Positions 51,701 to 61,017 of a DNA stretch of 64,000 bases are shown here, one piece after another. The stretch spans positions 4,864,001 to 4,928,000 of the forward strand of contig OZ250150.1 in the NCBI GenBank assembly GCA_965237675.1, written 5' to 3'. The notes beneath the pieces are model-generated. The model worked only from the letters and a program-made list of their open reading frames with translations. It did not search any database and was not told where the DNA came from. The stretch comes from Candidatus Latescibacterota bacterium (GTDB taxonomy: Bacteria > Latescibacterota > UBA2968 > GCA-2709665). Every line of letters starts with the position of its first letter. The first letter of the stretch is position 1. The position numbers were made by a program, and so were the translations under genes.

Positions 51701-53277
51701 CCACCGGTAGGGGCAAAAACATCCTCACAGGACATACGGCTCCGGTGAATTCGGTGGCGTTCTCGCCCGATGGAACCACCCTGGCGAGCGCCAGCTGGGA
51801 GGAGATTCGCTTGTGGGACATGGCCATAGGACAAGTAAAAAACATCCTCACAGGGCATACGTACTCGGTCAATGCAGTGGCGTTTTCGCCCAATGGGATC
51901 ACTTTAGCCAGCGCCGGTCGGGACGGGACCGTACGTTTGTGGGACGTGGCCACAGGACAGGCAAAAAACATCCTCACAGGCCATTCGAATGATGTCCTTT
52001 CGTTGGCGTTCTCACGCGATGGACGCACACTGGCAAGCGGCGGTTATGATAGGAAAATCCTGCTTTGGGACGTTGTCACCGGGCGAAAAAACGCTCTTCC
52101 GGAACATCAGAGTGCGGTCCGTTCCTTGGCCTTTTCCCCCGATGGAAGCACGCTGGCCAGCGCAAGCGGCGGGAATATGGTGTTGTTGCGGAACCTTGAC
52201 ACCGGGCAGGAAAGACACACCCTCACGGGACATTCCTGGTACGTTATCTCGGTGTCTTTCTCGCCCGATGGAACCACCCTGGCCAGCGCCGCCAAGGACG
52301 ACGAGACCGTGCGCTTGTGGGACACGGCCACTGGAGAGGAGAAAAACACCCTTACAGGACATAGGAGGGGTGTCTCTTCGGTGGTGTTTTCGCCCGGTGG
52401 AACCACACTGGCAAGCGGCAGTGAAGACGGTACAGTCCTCCTTTGGGATACATCGGTTAGTGGGAGGACCGATCCGGACAAACCCACGGACGTGGAAAAG
52501 CCGGGTGAGCTCAGCGGGGTCCGGCCGGATGAACTCGTCGGAAAGTGGAAAGCGGTCATATCCGGCAGCGGAGCGGATACGACCCGTGTCTTCGAGTTCC
52601 TCGCCGACGGCCGATTCACCGGTAGCGAAAAGGCCGCTGCCCACGAATCCATGAAACAGTTTCTTATTCTGGAATGGGGGGCCGACCCGGGACGGGTCGA
52701 GTACGTGGCAGACTCGCTGGCGACGAAAGCGTCCAGGTTCTACGATGCACTCGTTGCTGACAAGCGGGTGTCTACCACCGAGATGACAGGAACCTGGGGC
52801 GTGGACGGTAACGTCATCCAAGCCGTCGTCGACAGCTTTTCGCTTTCGATTAACGCCCTTCATGGGAACGACGTATTCGATTTTTATGAAGAAATCATTC
52901 CGCTGGTCGTCCCGGCCGAGAATGCCGGGTTGGCAGGCTTTGCCCTACTGGCTTTCTCTCGCCTTCAACAGAGTCTGGATACCCTCGTTGAAGAGCGCGT
53001 GGTCTTCAAAATTGGCAGGTATACCGTCGAGAACGAAAATCTGGTCGTAGTTCAGGATCAGAACCCGGTTCGATATACGCGTGTGTCGGAAACGACAACG
53101 CCCGACTTCGACGGCGACGGGTCTGTGGGATTTTCCGACTTTTTATTGTTTGTGGGGCAGTTCGGGCTGCGCCAGGGTGATGCGGGGTATGACGGGCGTT
53201 ACGACCTGGACGGTGACGGTGCCATCGGGTTCAGCGACTTTCTGATCTTTGTCGGCAGCTTCGGCAATAGCGCCTGA
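48778..53277 (+). CDS. Double WD40-module protein (~28 repeats) with unknown domain and EF-hand/dockerin-like tail
   Basis: Second N-cap ISRWGLPEGAIARFGKG at ~50680; non-WD domain at ~52530-53090; DFDGDG pair. Confidence 0.92.
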   Translation: MKTSSSFGLVLLSIGVLSAQDARTQDHTRWGLPEGAVSRLGKGNIGTGDRAIAYSPDGRRIAVAGNIGIWLYDAHTGAELALLTGHASSVTSVAFSPDGTTLASGSWKEIRLWDVDTGQIKYTLTEGISRVTSVVFSPDGTVLAGAGGLRIRLWDVDSGQGKHTFTGHADVVRSVAFSPDGNTLASAGGSRILLTDIHTAQEKRILTGHTDAVRSVAFSPDGNTLASAGADNTVRFWDVDTGQINHTLRGHWLPVTSVAFSPDGNTLASGGGDNTVRLWDARTAQETDSLSEHTSAVTSVAFSPDGNTLASAGGSGIRLWDLGTRRVRHTLAEHLVNVSSVAFSPDGNTLASGGENPVLWDLATGQVKSRLVGHISSVTSVAFSPDGNTLASASTDTTVRLWDVHTGQVKHTLRGHRWNVRSVAFSPDGNTLASGSDDRTIRLWDVATGTEKHVLTLQWGSVTSVVFSPGGNTLASGNDNRTIRLWDVATGTEKHVLTGHGSDVSSLAFSPDGRTLASGGGRAIRLWNVDTGELEYTLTEQTSSVHSIAFSSNGKTLASGSFDNQVRLWDVDTGKETDTLTGHRGSVLSVSFSPDGTTLASGSVDGTILVWQKSEWAGADPDGPTDGLTPAGISRWGLPEGAIARFGKGGIGSGDRAAAWSPDGALLAAASSIGIWLYDAHTGVEVALLADHNYWVNAVAFSPDGNTLASGGENAVLWDLATGQVIYRLDGHISSVTSVTFSPDGRTLASGSRDNTIRLWDVTTGQEKHTLAGHSDPVRSVAFSPDGRTLASGSRDATVGLWNVFTGQEKHTLTGHTSSVISVAFSPDGSTLASGGGDAVLWEVATGEKKHILEHRLGVTSVAYSPDGRTLASASFSDTPGENTIRLWDTATGRKKSNFTGPTWEVNSVAFSPDGRTLVSASQSDRIRLWDVATVREKNAITGHGSFVTSVALSPDGNTVAYSDNSPTVRVWDVATGRGKNILTGHTAPVNSVAFSPDGTTLASASWEEIRLWDMAIGQVKNILTGHTYSVNAVAFSPNGITLASAGRDGTVRLWDVATGQAKNILTGHSNDVLSLAFSRDGRTLASGGYDRKILLWDVVTGRKNALPEHQSAVRSLAFSPDGSTLASASGGNMVLLRNLDTGQERHTLTGHSWYVISVSFSPDGTTLASAAKDDETVRLWDTATGEEKNTLTGHRRGVSSVVFSPGGTTLASGSEDGTVLLWDTSVSGRTDPDKPTDVEKPGELSGVRPDELVGKWKAVISGSGADTTRVFEFLADGRFTGSEKAAAHESMKQFLILEWGADPGRVEYVADSLATKASRFYDALVADKRVSTTEMTGTWGVDGNVIQAVVDSFSLSINALHGNDVFDFYEEIIPLVVPAENAGLAGFALLAFSRLQQSLDTLVEERVVFKIGRYTVENENLVVVQDQNPVRYTRVSETTTPDFDGDGSVGFSDFLLFVGQFGLRQGDAGYDGRYDLDGDGAIGFSDFLIFVGSFGNSA

Positions 53278-53398
53278 GGCCACCGCGCCGCCTCAAACCA
53301 CCGCCGGTATAGTGCACCACCTGGTTTCGACGATTCCACCGTCTCTGGCCACGGGGAACAAGCAGGTTTGCGCCTTCCTTTTCGGGAGTGTCTGAAGC

Positions 53399-56300
53399 AT
53401 GACGAAGACAATGTTGTATCTCGCGCTCGGATGGATGTTCATCGTGTGCGACGCTTCTGCCCGACCTGGTGACAGCGTGCTCGCCCTCAGCGTGTCCGCG
53501 TTGCTCCTCGATACCCGAATCGAAAGTCCGGCGGCGAACAACGATGTTCGTGCGGTGGCCCCAGGTCAACCCGGGGATACAATTCGCTTTCAGCTTTTCG
53601 CGCCGGACGAGGCGGGCGTGCGGATCAATGGATGGACGGTTGAACTCTCGCTGCCGGGCAGGACGTTCGACAGCTACGTCGGCGGCGTCTCCGGTACGGC
53701 ATGGACGGGTGCGGATCTTATCTTGAGCGACGAGTCAGGCAGGCCGTCGCTGTCCATGCTTTCCGTCTCGGCGGTGGCAGTGCCGAGTACCGGATACCTG
53801 GGCGAAATCACACTGACGGTGAGCCGTGCCCTGCCGTTGGATGCCACACTAATCGTTCGCTCGGCATCGCTGGGAAACGTGGGCGGGCAGTGGCAACTGG
53901 ACGTTTCGGACGCGGTGATCTCGTTCGACCTTGCGGAGTGTCCGGGCGACGTCAACCATAGCGGGCGCGTCGACTTCGCCGATTTTCTGTTGTTCGTGGC
54001 GGCGTTTGGCGCGTCTACAGGCGCCTCTAACTATAACGCGCTGATCGATCTGGACGGCAGCGGCGGGATTGATTTCGCCGATTTTCTGTTGTTCGTGCCT
54101 TTTTTCGGGACCACCTGCGAAGTGCCGCCTATCTCCGGCGGCGGCGGCGGCGGTACGGTTGCGGACCGCGATATCCTCGTGGCGCTGTATAACGCGACGA
54201 ACGGCCTCAACTGGTCGGACAGGACGAACTGGTCGAGCGATCGGCCTTTGGGAGACTGGCACGGCGTGACCGTCGACACCGATCGACGGGTGACACGGTT
54301 GAATCTTTCGGGTAACGGATTACGTGGCGAGCTACCGTCAGATCTCGGCAACCTGAACAACCTTCAAAGGCTGGAACTGAACAATAACGGGCTAACAGGT
54401 GCGATCCCGCCATCGTTGGGCGATCTGAGCAACCTGCAGTTGCTGTATCTCCACGTGAACGGGTTGACGGGGGAGATCCCGTCGTCGCTGGGCAATCTGG
54501 GCGACCTGCAGTGGTTGTATCTCTATACCAATCGGTTGTCAGGTGAGATCCCGCCGTCCCTGGGCAATTTGGGCAGTCTCGGCTACCTTGACGTCCACAA
54601 CAACGGGTTGCGCGGCGGAGTCCCCGTATCGCTGGGCAACTTGAGCAACCTGCAAGCACTTAGTCTGTCCGAAAACCCGTTAACGGGCGCCTTGCCGGTT
54701 AGCCTGACGGGTCTTGAAAATCTCACCAACCTGTATCTGGATGAAACGGAGTTGTGCGCGCCGACAGACGCGGCTTTCCAGGCGTGGCTGCAGGGTATTG
54801 CGAACACGAGCGGCGTGGTCAACTGCGGCGCGGGCGGAACCGTGGACAGGGAAGCGCTGGTGGCGCTGTACATCGCCACGGATGGACCGAACTGGGCGAA
54901 CAAGACCAACTGGCTCAGCACCAGACCGCATGGTCAATGGCACGGCGTCACCGTCAACGACAGCGGGCGGGTGACGGAGTTACGCCTTTCCAACAATCAA
55001 TTAAACGGAAAGATCCCTGAGGAATTGGGTAATCTGCCCGACTTGAAGCGGCTGTATTTGAATTACAACCCGGACCTTTCCGGGCCGCTGCCCGGTTCGA
55101 TGACCGCCCTCAATTCACTGGAGGTCCTGAACCTTTCGGGCACGCAGTTATGCGCACCCATGACGGCCGCGTACCGAACGTGGTTGAAGGGCATTGCAGA
55201 CACAACCGGTGTCATCAGCTGCGGCGTGTCGGACAGAGAAGCGCTGGTGGCGCTGTACAACGCCACGGACGGACCGCATTGGGCGAACAAAACCAACTGG
55301 CTCAGCGCCAGACCGCTCGGCGAATGGCACGGCGTTACGGTTGACGGCATTGGACGGGTCACGAGACTGAACCTCTACAACAATCGGATGAGCGGGGACA
55401 TCCCGGCGGAACTGGGCAACCTGACCGGCCTGGAATGGCTTTACCTCAACAACAACCTGTTGAGCGGGGACATCCCGGCGGAACTGGGACGCCTGGCCAG
55501 CCTGCGGCACCTTTACCTGCACACGAACCAGTTCCGCGGCCAGATCCCCGCGGCGCTGGGCAGTCTGGCCGGCCTGGAACGGCTGTTCCTGTCCAATAAC
55601 CAGTTGAGCGGCGGGATCCCGGCGGAACTGGGCAACCTGACCGGCCTGCAGTGGCTGTACCTCGACAACAACGCCGATCTTTCCGGTTCGCTGCCAGGTT
55701 CGATGACCGGCATGGATTCGCTCAGAGTCCTCAGCATGTCTGGCACGAAGTTATGTGCGCCGGTGGACGCCGCGTTCCAGACGTGGCTCCAGGGCATCGT
55801 AACCAGGACCGGCGTTGTCAACTGTGTTGAGACAACCGCAGACTACGATCAGGACGATGACGGGCTTATCGAGGTCGGCAGCCTCGCGCAGTTGGATGCC
55901 ATCCGCTGGGATCTGGACGGTAACGGGCAGGCTGACAACGCTGCCGCCGGATACGCAGCCGCCTTTCCCGACGCCGCCGCGGCAATGGGCTGCCCCACTG
56001 CCGGCTGTATTGGCTACGAACTGGTTGCCGATCTGAACTTCGATACCAATAATAGCGGCGGCGCGGACGCGGGCGACGATTACTGGAACAACGGCCGGGG
56101 TTGGGCGCCCATCGGAAGCGGCGATGGCGGAAGCCACGCATTCATGTTCAGAGCCACGTTCGAGGGCAATTCCCACGTCATATCCGGCCTCTTTATCAAT
56201 CACCCCGGAGAACGGCAGGTTGGCTTCTTCGGTTATCTGGTCGAAGATGCCGAGATACGGAACCTGGGGCTGGAAGACGTCTCTGTTACCAGTGGTGGAC

Positions 56301-59300
56301 GTTTTGTCGGCGGGTTGGCAGGGTCCATTACCGGCAGATCCGCAATAATCAGCGACAGCCATGTCACCGGCTCGGTCTCGGGTACGCTGGCCGTCGGCGG
56401 CTTGGCCGGGTATATCCTGGGCAACATCAGATACAGCTATTTCTCCGGTTCTGTCACCGGTACGGGCAGTAATGTCGGTGGTCTGGTCGGCGAAAGCGCC
56501 GGCAACGTCAAAGCCAGTGTCGCTGCCGGCTCTGTCACCGGCACTGGCACAGGTATCGGTGGGCTCGTGGGAAGGAACGACGGAGGCATAAGCGCCAGCT
56601 ACGCTACCGGTTCCGTATCGGCGACAGATGGAGGATCTCAAGCCGGCGGGTTGGTTGGGAGCAACTACGGCACCGTTAGCGCGAGTTACGCCATTGGTCC
56701 GGTTAGCGGCAGCAATTCAGGCGGGTTCGCCGCGACAAACTTCAACGGAACCATCACCGCCAGTTACTGGGACACCCAGACCTCCGGTCAGTCCACGAGT
56801 GCCGGAGGGGTTGGGAAGACCACCAGCGAATTGCAGTCACCCACGGGTTATACCGGCATCTACGCAACGTGGAATCTGGATCTGGATGCCGACGGCACGC
56901 CCGACGATCCGTGGAACTTCGGGTCGTCGAGCCAGTACCCTGTACTGAAGAGGACCGACGCGCCCGCGATCCTGCCTCCGGTTGTAACCCAGCCTTCGGA
57001 CCGCGATGCCTTGGTCGCACTGTACAACGCCACGGACGGACCGAACTGGGCGAACAAGACCAACTGGCTCAGCGACAAACCCACCGGCCAATGGCATGGC
57101 GTCACCGCCAACGCCAGCGGACGGGTGACGGGACTGAGCCTCGGCGAGAATCAGCTGAGCGGGCAGATTCCTGCGGCATTGGGCAGCCTGGCCAACCTGC
57201 GGAATCTGTACCTCTACAGCAACCAGCTGACCGGGCAGATTCCAGCGGCACTGGGCGGCCTGGCAAACCTGCGAAACCTCTACCTCTACAGCAACCAGCT
57301 GACCGGGCAGATCCCCGCGGAACTGGGCGGCCTGTCAAACCTCCGGAACCTGTACCTCAAAAACAACCGGTTGAGCGGCCAGATCCCTGAGACACTGGGC
57401 AGCCTGGCAAATCTGGAATCCCTGTGGCTCGACTTCAACCAGTTGGGCGGTGAAATCCCTGCGGCCCTGGGCAGCCTGGCCAACCTGCAACAGCTGTTGC
57501 TCAATGACAACCAGTTAAGCGGTGCTATCCCTGCGGCACTTGGCGAACCGGCCAACCTGGGAGTGTTGTCCCTCAACGGCAACCAGTTAAGCGGGCAGAT
57601 CCCTCCCACACTCGGCAGTCTGGCCAATCTGCAGAACCTGGCCCTTAACAACAACCGGTTAAGCGGACAGATCCCTCTCACACTCGGCAGCCTGGCCAAT
57701 CTGCGGTTCCTGCGCCTCCAGGACAACCAGTTGAGCGGGCAGATCCCCTCGGCACTGGGCAGCCTGGCCAACCTCGAATGGTTCTTCCTCGGCGACAATC
57801 GGTTGAGCGGTGCTGTCCCCGAGGCACTGGGCAACTTGACCCACGTGGAAAGGTTGGATTTAAATGACAACGCCGGTCTTTCCGGCCCGTTGCCGGGTTC
57901 GATGACAGCCCTCGATTCCCTTGAATCTCTGAACCTGTCAGGCACGGTGTTGTGTGCGCCGGTGGACGCCGCCTTCCAGGCGTGGCTGCAGGGCATCGCA
58001 GACAAAACTGGTGTCACTAACTGTGCTTCGGACTACGATCAGGACGACGACGGGCTTATCGAGGTTGCCAGTCTGGCGCAGTTGAACGCCATCCGCTGGG
58101 ACCTGGATGGTAACGGCCAGGCTGACAACGCCGCCGCGGGATACCCGGCCGCATTCCCAGATGCCGCTAAGGGCATGGGCTGTCCCGACAGCGGCGGCTG
58201 TACGGGCTACGAACTCGTTGCCGACCTGAACTTCGACACCAACAATAGCGGCAGCCAGGACGAGGGTGATGCCTACTGGAACAACGGCCAGGGCTGGGCG
58301 CCCGTTGGAAGCGGCGAGGGTGAAAGCCAGTCAACCCGGTTCAGCGCCCGGTTCGAGGGCAATTCCCACGTCATATCCGGCCTCTATATCGATCACCCAG
58401 GCGGACAGAACCAATTGGTTGCTGCTGGCTTCTTCCGCTATCTCGGCCAGAATGCCGAAATACGCAACCTGGGGTTGGGAGATGTCTCTGTTTCCAACCG
58501 CGGAGGTAAAGCCGGCGGGCTGGCTGGCTACAACAAGGGTACGATCAGCGACAGTTATGTCACCGGCTTTGTCACGGGTTCGCTCGGTACAATCGGCGGG
58601 TTCGTTGGAAAGAACGAGGGCAACGTCAGATACAGCTATTTCTCGGGCTCCATCACGGGTACGGGCGGTGATATCGGCGGGTTGGTCGGACGCAACACCG
58701 GCACCATCAGTACCAGCGCCGCCACTGGCTCTGTCGCCGGCACCGGTCAGGCAATCGGCGGGCTTGTGGGGAGAAACGGGTTGAACATCAGCGCCAGCTA
58801 TGCCATCGGTTCGGTCTCCGGTGGGTCGGACGTTGGCGGGCTGGTCGGGATTACCCGGGGCACCGTCAATGCCAGTTTCGCCGCTGGCGCTGTCACCGGT
58901 ACAGGCGCCAATGTCAGAGGGCTGGTAGGGATTAGCTACGATGCCACGATCAGTAACAGCTACTGGGACACCGAGACTTCCAGTCAGTCCTCGAGTGCCG
59001 GCGGTGTTGGCAAGACGACCAGCGAATTGCGGTCGCCCACAGGGTATACGGGCATCTATGCCGGGTGGAACCTGGATGTGGATGGCGACGGCACCCCCGA
59101 CGATCCCTGGGACTTCGGAACGTCGAACGAATACCCCGTACTGAAGAGGACCGGGGCGCCCGTTATTCCCGCCCCGGTCGCTAACCCCAACCCGGACCGC
59201 GTTGCGCTGGTGGCTCTCTACAACGCAACCAGCGGATCGAACTGGTTTTATAACGACAACTGGCTGAGCGTTAGACCGATTGGCGAATGGCATGGCGTCA

Positions 59301-60796
59301 CCGCGAACGACAGCGGACAGGTGACGGGTCTGAGTCTCCAGGACAACCATTTGATCGGTGCGATCCCCGTGGATCTGGGCAACCTGGCCAACCTGGAAAC
59401 GCTGGACCTCAGCGACAACCACTTAAGCGGTCAGATACCGTCGACACTGGGCAGCCCGGCTAGTTTGGTACATCTAAACCTCGCAGAAAACCAGTTGAGC
59501 GGACAGATCCCTGCGGCATTGGGCAGCATGTCCAACCTGCAATATCTGTCGCTCCAGAACAATCAGTTGAGCGGGCAGATCCCCGCGACGCTGGGCAACC
59601 TGACCAACCTGGAACAGCTGTTCCTTGACGTTAACCAGTTGAGCGGGCAGATCCCCGCGGCGCTGGGCAACTTGACGCACCTCGAATGGCTGTATCTCAA
59701 TGACAACCCCGGTCTTTCAGGTTCCTTGCCGGGCTCAATGACAGGCCTTAGTTCACTTGATGTCCTGCAACTGTCAGGCACCCAGTTGTGTGCGCCGTCG
59801 GATGGCGCCTTCCAAGCGTGGCTGCAGGAGATTGCAACCAGAACCGGTGTCATCAATTGTCCAGACTACGATCAGGACGATGACGGGCTTATCGAGGTTG
59901 CAAGTCTGGCGCAGTTGAACGCCATCCGCTGGGACCTGGACGGTGGCGGCCAAGCTTTAAGCGCCGCCACGGGATACGGGGACGCATTCCCCGACGCTAC
60001 TACGGGCATGGGCTGTCCCGACAGCGGCGGCTGTACGGGCTACGAGCTCGTTACTGACCTGAACTTCGACACCAACGATAGCGGCAGCGCGGACGCGGGT
60101 GACGCCTTCTGGAATAATGGCCAGGGCTGGGCTCCCATAGGAATATCCTATGGTGCCACGTTTGAGGGGAATTCCCACGCAATATCTGGCCTCTACATCA
60201 ATAATTTTTCCGGAAATAGTATTGGTCTCTTCCGTGTGCTCGGCAGCGATGCCAAGATACGCAACCTAGTGTTGCAAGATGTCTCTGTCAGCGGTTCGGG
60301 CAATGATGTCGGCGGGCTGGTCGGGACCAACAGGGGCACCATCAGCGCCAGCTACGCCACTGGCTCTGTCAGCGGTTCGCGCAATGATGTCGGCGGGCTG
60401 GTCGGGACCAACAGGGGCACCATCAGCGCCAGCTACGCCACTGGCTCTGTCAGCGGTTCGCGCAATGATGTCGGCGGGCTGGTCGGGACCAACAGGGGCA
60501 CCATCAGCGCCAGCTACGCCACTGGCTCTGTCAGCGGTTCGCGCGGTGATGTCGGCGGGCTGGTCGGGACCAACAGGGGCACCATCAGTGCCAGTTACTG
60601 GGACACCCAGACCTCCGGTGTGTCCACGAGCGGGGGCGGCGAAGGTAAAACAACCAGGGAATTGCAGGCGCCCACGGGGTATACGGGCATTTACGCAGAC
60701 TGGAATCTGGACCTGGATGGCGACGGTACGCCCGACGATCCGTGGGACTTCGGCACGTCTGCCCAGTATCCCGTATTGAGAGGAACGGACCGTTAA
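53399..60796 (+). CDS. Giant secreted protein: cohesin-like, dockerin-like, five plant-type LRR modules and three GLUG modules
   Basis: DREALVALYNATDGPNW caps; LxLxxNQLSGQIPxxLGxLxxL repeats; VGGLVG motifs; DYDQDDDGLIEV. Confidence 0.9.
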   Translation: MTKTMLYLALGWMFIVCDASARPGDSVLALSVSALLLDTRIESPAANNDVRAVAPGQPGDTIRFQLFAPDEAGVRINGWTVELSLPGRTFDSYVGGVSGTAWTGADLILSDESGRPSLSMLSVSAVAVPSTGYLGEITLTVSRALPLDATLIVRSASLGNVGGQWQLDVSDAVISFDLAECPGDVNHSGRVDFADFLLFVAAFGASTGASNYNALIDLDGSGGIDFADFLLFVPFFGTTCEVPPISGGGGGGTVADRDILVALYNATNGLNWSDRTNWSSDRPLGDWHGVTVDTDRRVTRLNLSGNGLRGELPSDLGNLNNLQRLELNNNGLTGAIPPSLGDLSNLQLLYLHVNGLTGEIPSSLGNLGDLQWLYLYTNRLSGEIPPSLGNLGSLGYLDVHNNGLRGGVPVSLGNLSNLQALSLSENPLTGALPVSLTGLENLTNLYLDETELCAPTDAAFQAWLQGIANTSGVVNCGAGGTVDREALVALYIATDGPNWANKTNWLSTRPHGQWHGVTVNDSGRVTELRLSNNQLNGKIPEELGNLPDLKRLYLNYNPDLSGPLPGSMTALNSLEVLNLSGTQLCAPMTAAYRTWLKGIADTTGVISCGVSDREALVALYNATDGPHWANKTNWLSARPLGEWHGVTVDGIGRVTRLNLYNNRMSGDIPAELGNLTGLEWLYLNNNLLSGDIPAELGRLASLRHLYLHTNQFRGQIPAALGSLAGLERLFLSNNQLSGGIPAELGNLTGLQWLYLDNNADLSGSLPGSMTGMDSLRVLSMSGTKLCAPVDAAFQTWLQGIVTRTGVVNCVETTADYDQDDDGLIEVGSLAQLDAIRWDLDGNGQADNAAAGYAAAFPDAAAAMGCPTAGCIGYELVADLNFDTNNSGGADAGDDYWNNGRGWAPIGSGDGGSHAFMFRATFEGNSHVISGLFINHPGERQVGFFGYLVEDAEIRNLGLEDVSVTSGGRFVGGLAGSITGRSAIISDSHVTGSVSGTLAVGGLAGYILGNIRYSYFSGSVTGTGSNVGGLVGESAGNVKASVAAGSVTGTGTGIGGLVGRNDGGISASYATGSVSATDGGSQAGGLVGSNYGTVSASYAIGPVSGSNSGGFAATNFNGTITASYWDTQTSGQSTSAGGVGKTTSELQSPTGYTGIYATWNLDLDADGTPDDPWNFGSSSQYPVLKRTDAPAILPPVVTQPSDRDALVALYNATDGPNWANKTNWLSDKPTGQWHGVTANASGRVTGLSLGENQLSGQIPAALGSLANLRNLYLYSNQLTGQIPAALGGLANLRNLYLYSNQLTGQIPAELGGLSNLRNLYLKNNRLSGQIPETLGSLANLESLWLDFNQLGGEIPAALGSLANLQQLLLNDNQLSGAIPAALGEPANLGVLSLNGNQLSGQIPPTLGSLANLQNLALNNNRLSGQIPLTLGSLANLRFLRLQDNQLSGQIPSALGSLANLEWFFLGDNRLSGAVPEALGNLTHVERLDLNDNAGLSGPLPGSMTALDSLESLNLSGTVLCAPVDAAFQAWLQGIADKTGVTNCASDYDQDDDGLIEVASLAQLNAIRWDLDGNGQADNAAAGYPAAFPDAAKGMGCPDSGGCTGYELVADLNFDTNNSGSQDEGDAYWNNGQGWAPVGSGEGESQSTRFSARFEGNSHVISGLYIDHPGGQNQLVAAGFFRYLGQNAEIRNLGLGDVSVSNRGGKAGGLAGYNKGTISDSYVTGFVTGSLGTIGGFVGKNEGNVRYSYFSGSITGTGGDIGGLVGRNTGTISTSAATGSVAGTGQAIGGLVGRNGLNISASYAIGSVSGGSDVGGLVGITRGTVNASFAAGAVTGTGANVRGLVGISYDATISNSYWDTETSSQSSSAGGVGKTTSELRSPTGYTGIYAGWNLDVDGDGTPDDPWDFGTSNEYPVLKRTGAPVIPAPVANPNPDRVALVALYNATSGSNWFYNDNWLSVRPIGEWHGVTANDSGQVTGLSLQDNHLIGAIPVDLGNLANLETLDLSDNHLSGQIPSTLGSPASLVHLNLAENQLSGQIPAALGSMSNLQYLSLQNNQLSGQIPATLGNLTNLEQLFLDVNQLSGQIPAALGNLTHLEWLYLNDNPGLSGSLPGSMTGLSSLDVLQLSGTQLCAPSDGAFQAWLQEIATRTGVINCPDYDQDDDGLIEVASLAQLNAIRWDLDGGGQALSAATGYGDAFPDATTGMGCPDSGGCTGYELVTDLNFDTNDSGSADAGDAFWNNGQGWAPIGISYGATFEGNSHAISGLYINNFSGNSIGLFRVLGSDAKIRNLVLQDVSVSGSGNDVGGLVGTNRGTISASYATGSVSGSRNDVGGLVGTNRGTISASYATGSVSGSRNDVGGLVGTNRGTISASYATGSVSGSRGDVGGLVGTNRGTISASYWDTQTSGVSTSGGGEGKTTRELQAPTGYTGIYADWNLDLDGDGTPDDPWDFGTSAQYPVLRGTDR
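60284..60598 (+). repeat. About four near-identical 81-bp tandem repeats (GLUG motif)
   Basis: Units start at 60284, 60365, 60446 and 60527. Confidence 0.9.
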
Positions 60797-60894
60797 CCGC
60801 TCGTGTTTCCGGGGCCGGGATGCCGGATCGCTCCGCCGATTTCGGATGGACCCTGCCCCTATTCGCCAAACGCGTCTGCGCGATAGTCCACTTA

Positions 60895-60933
60895 AAAAGG
60901 GTCGAGGCGGCTTTGTGTCGCCTCGACCCTTTT
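60895..60933. terminator. Bidirectional intrinsic terminator between convergent genes
   Basis: AAAAGGGTCGAGGCG-loop-CGCCTCGACCCTTTT. Confidence 0.85.
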
Positions 60934-61017
60934 CTGTTTCCCCTGGTTCCTCTTCCCGATTCCCCCGCCGCCAATATCCCTTGCTCACACCTACCCTCAC
61001 GCCGGCTGGTGCGCCGT

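Noticed and set aside
18803-53277. Diversity-generating retroelement as the source of variability
   Set aside because: No reverse transcriptase, TR/VR pair or evident adenine-specific substitution pattern in the window
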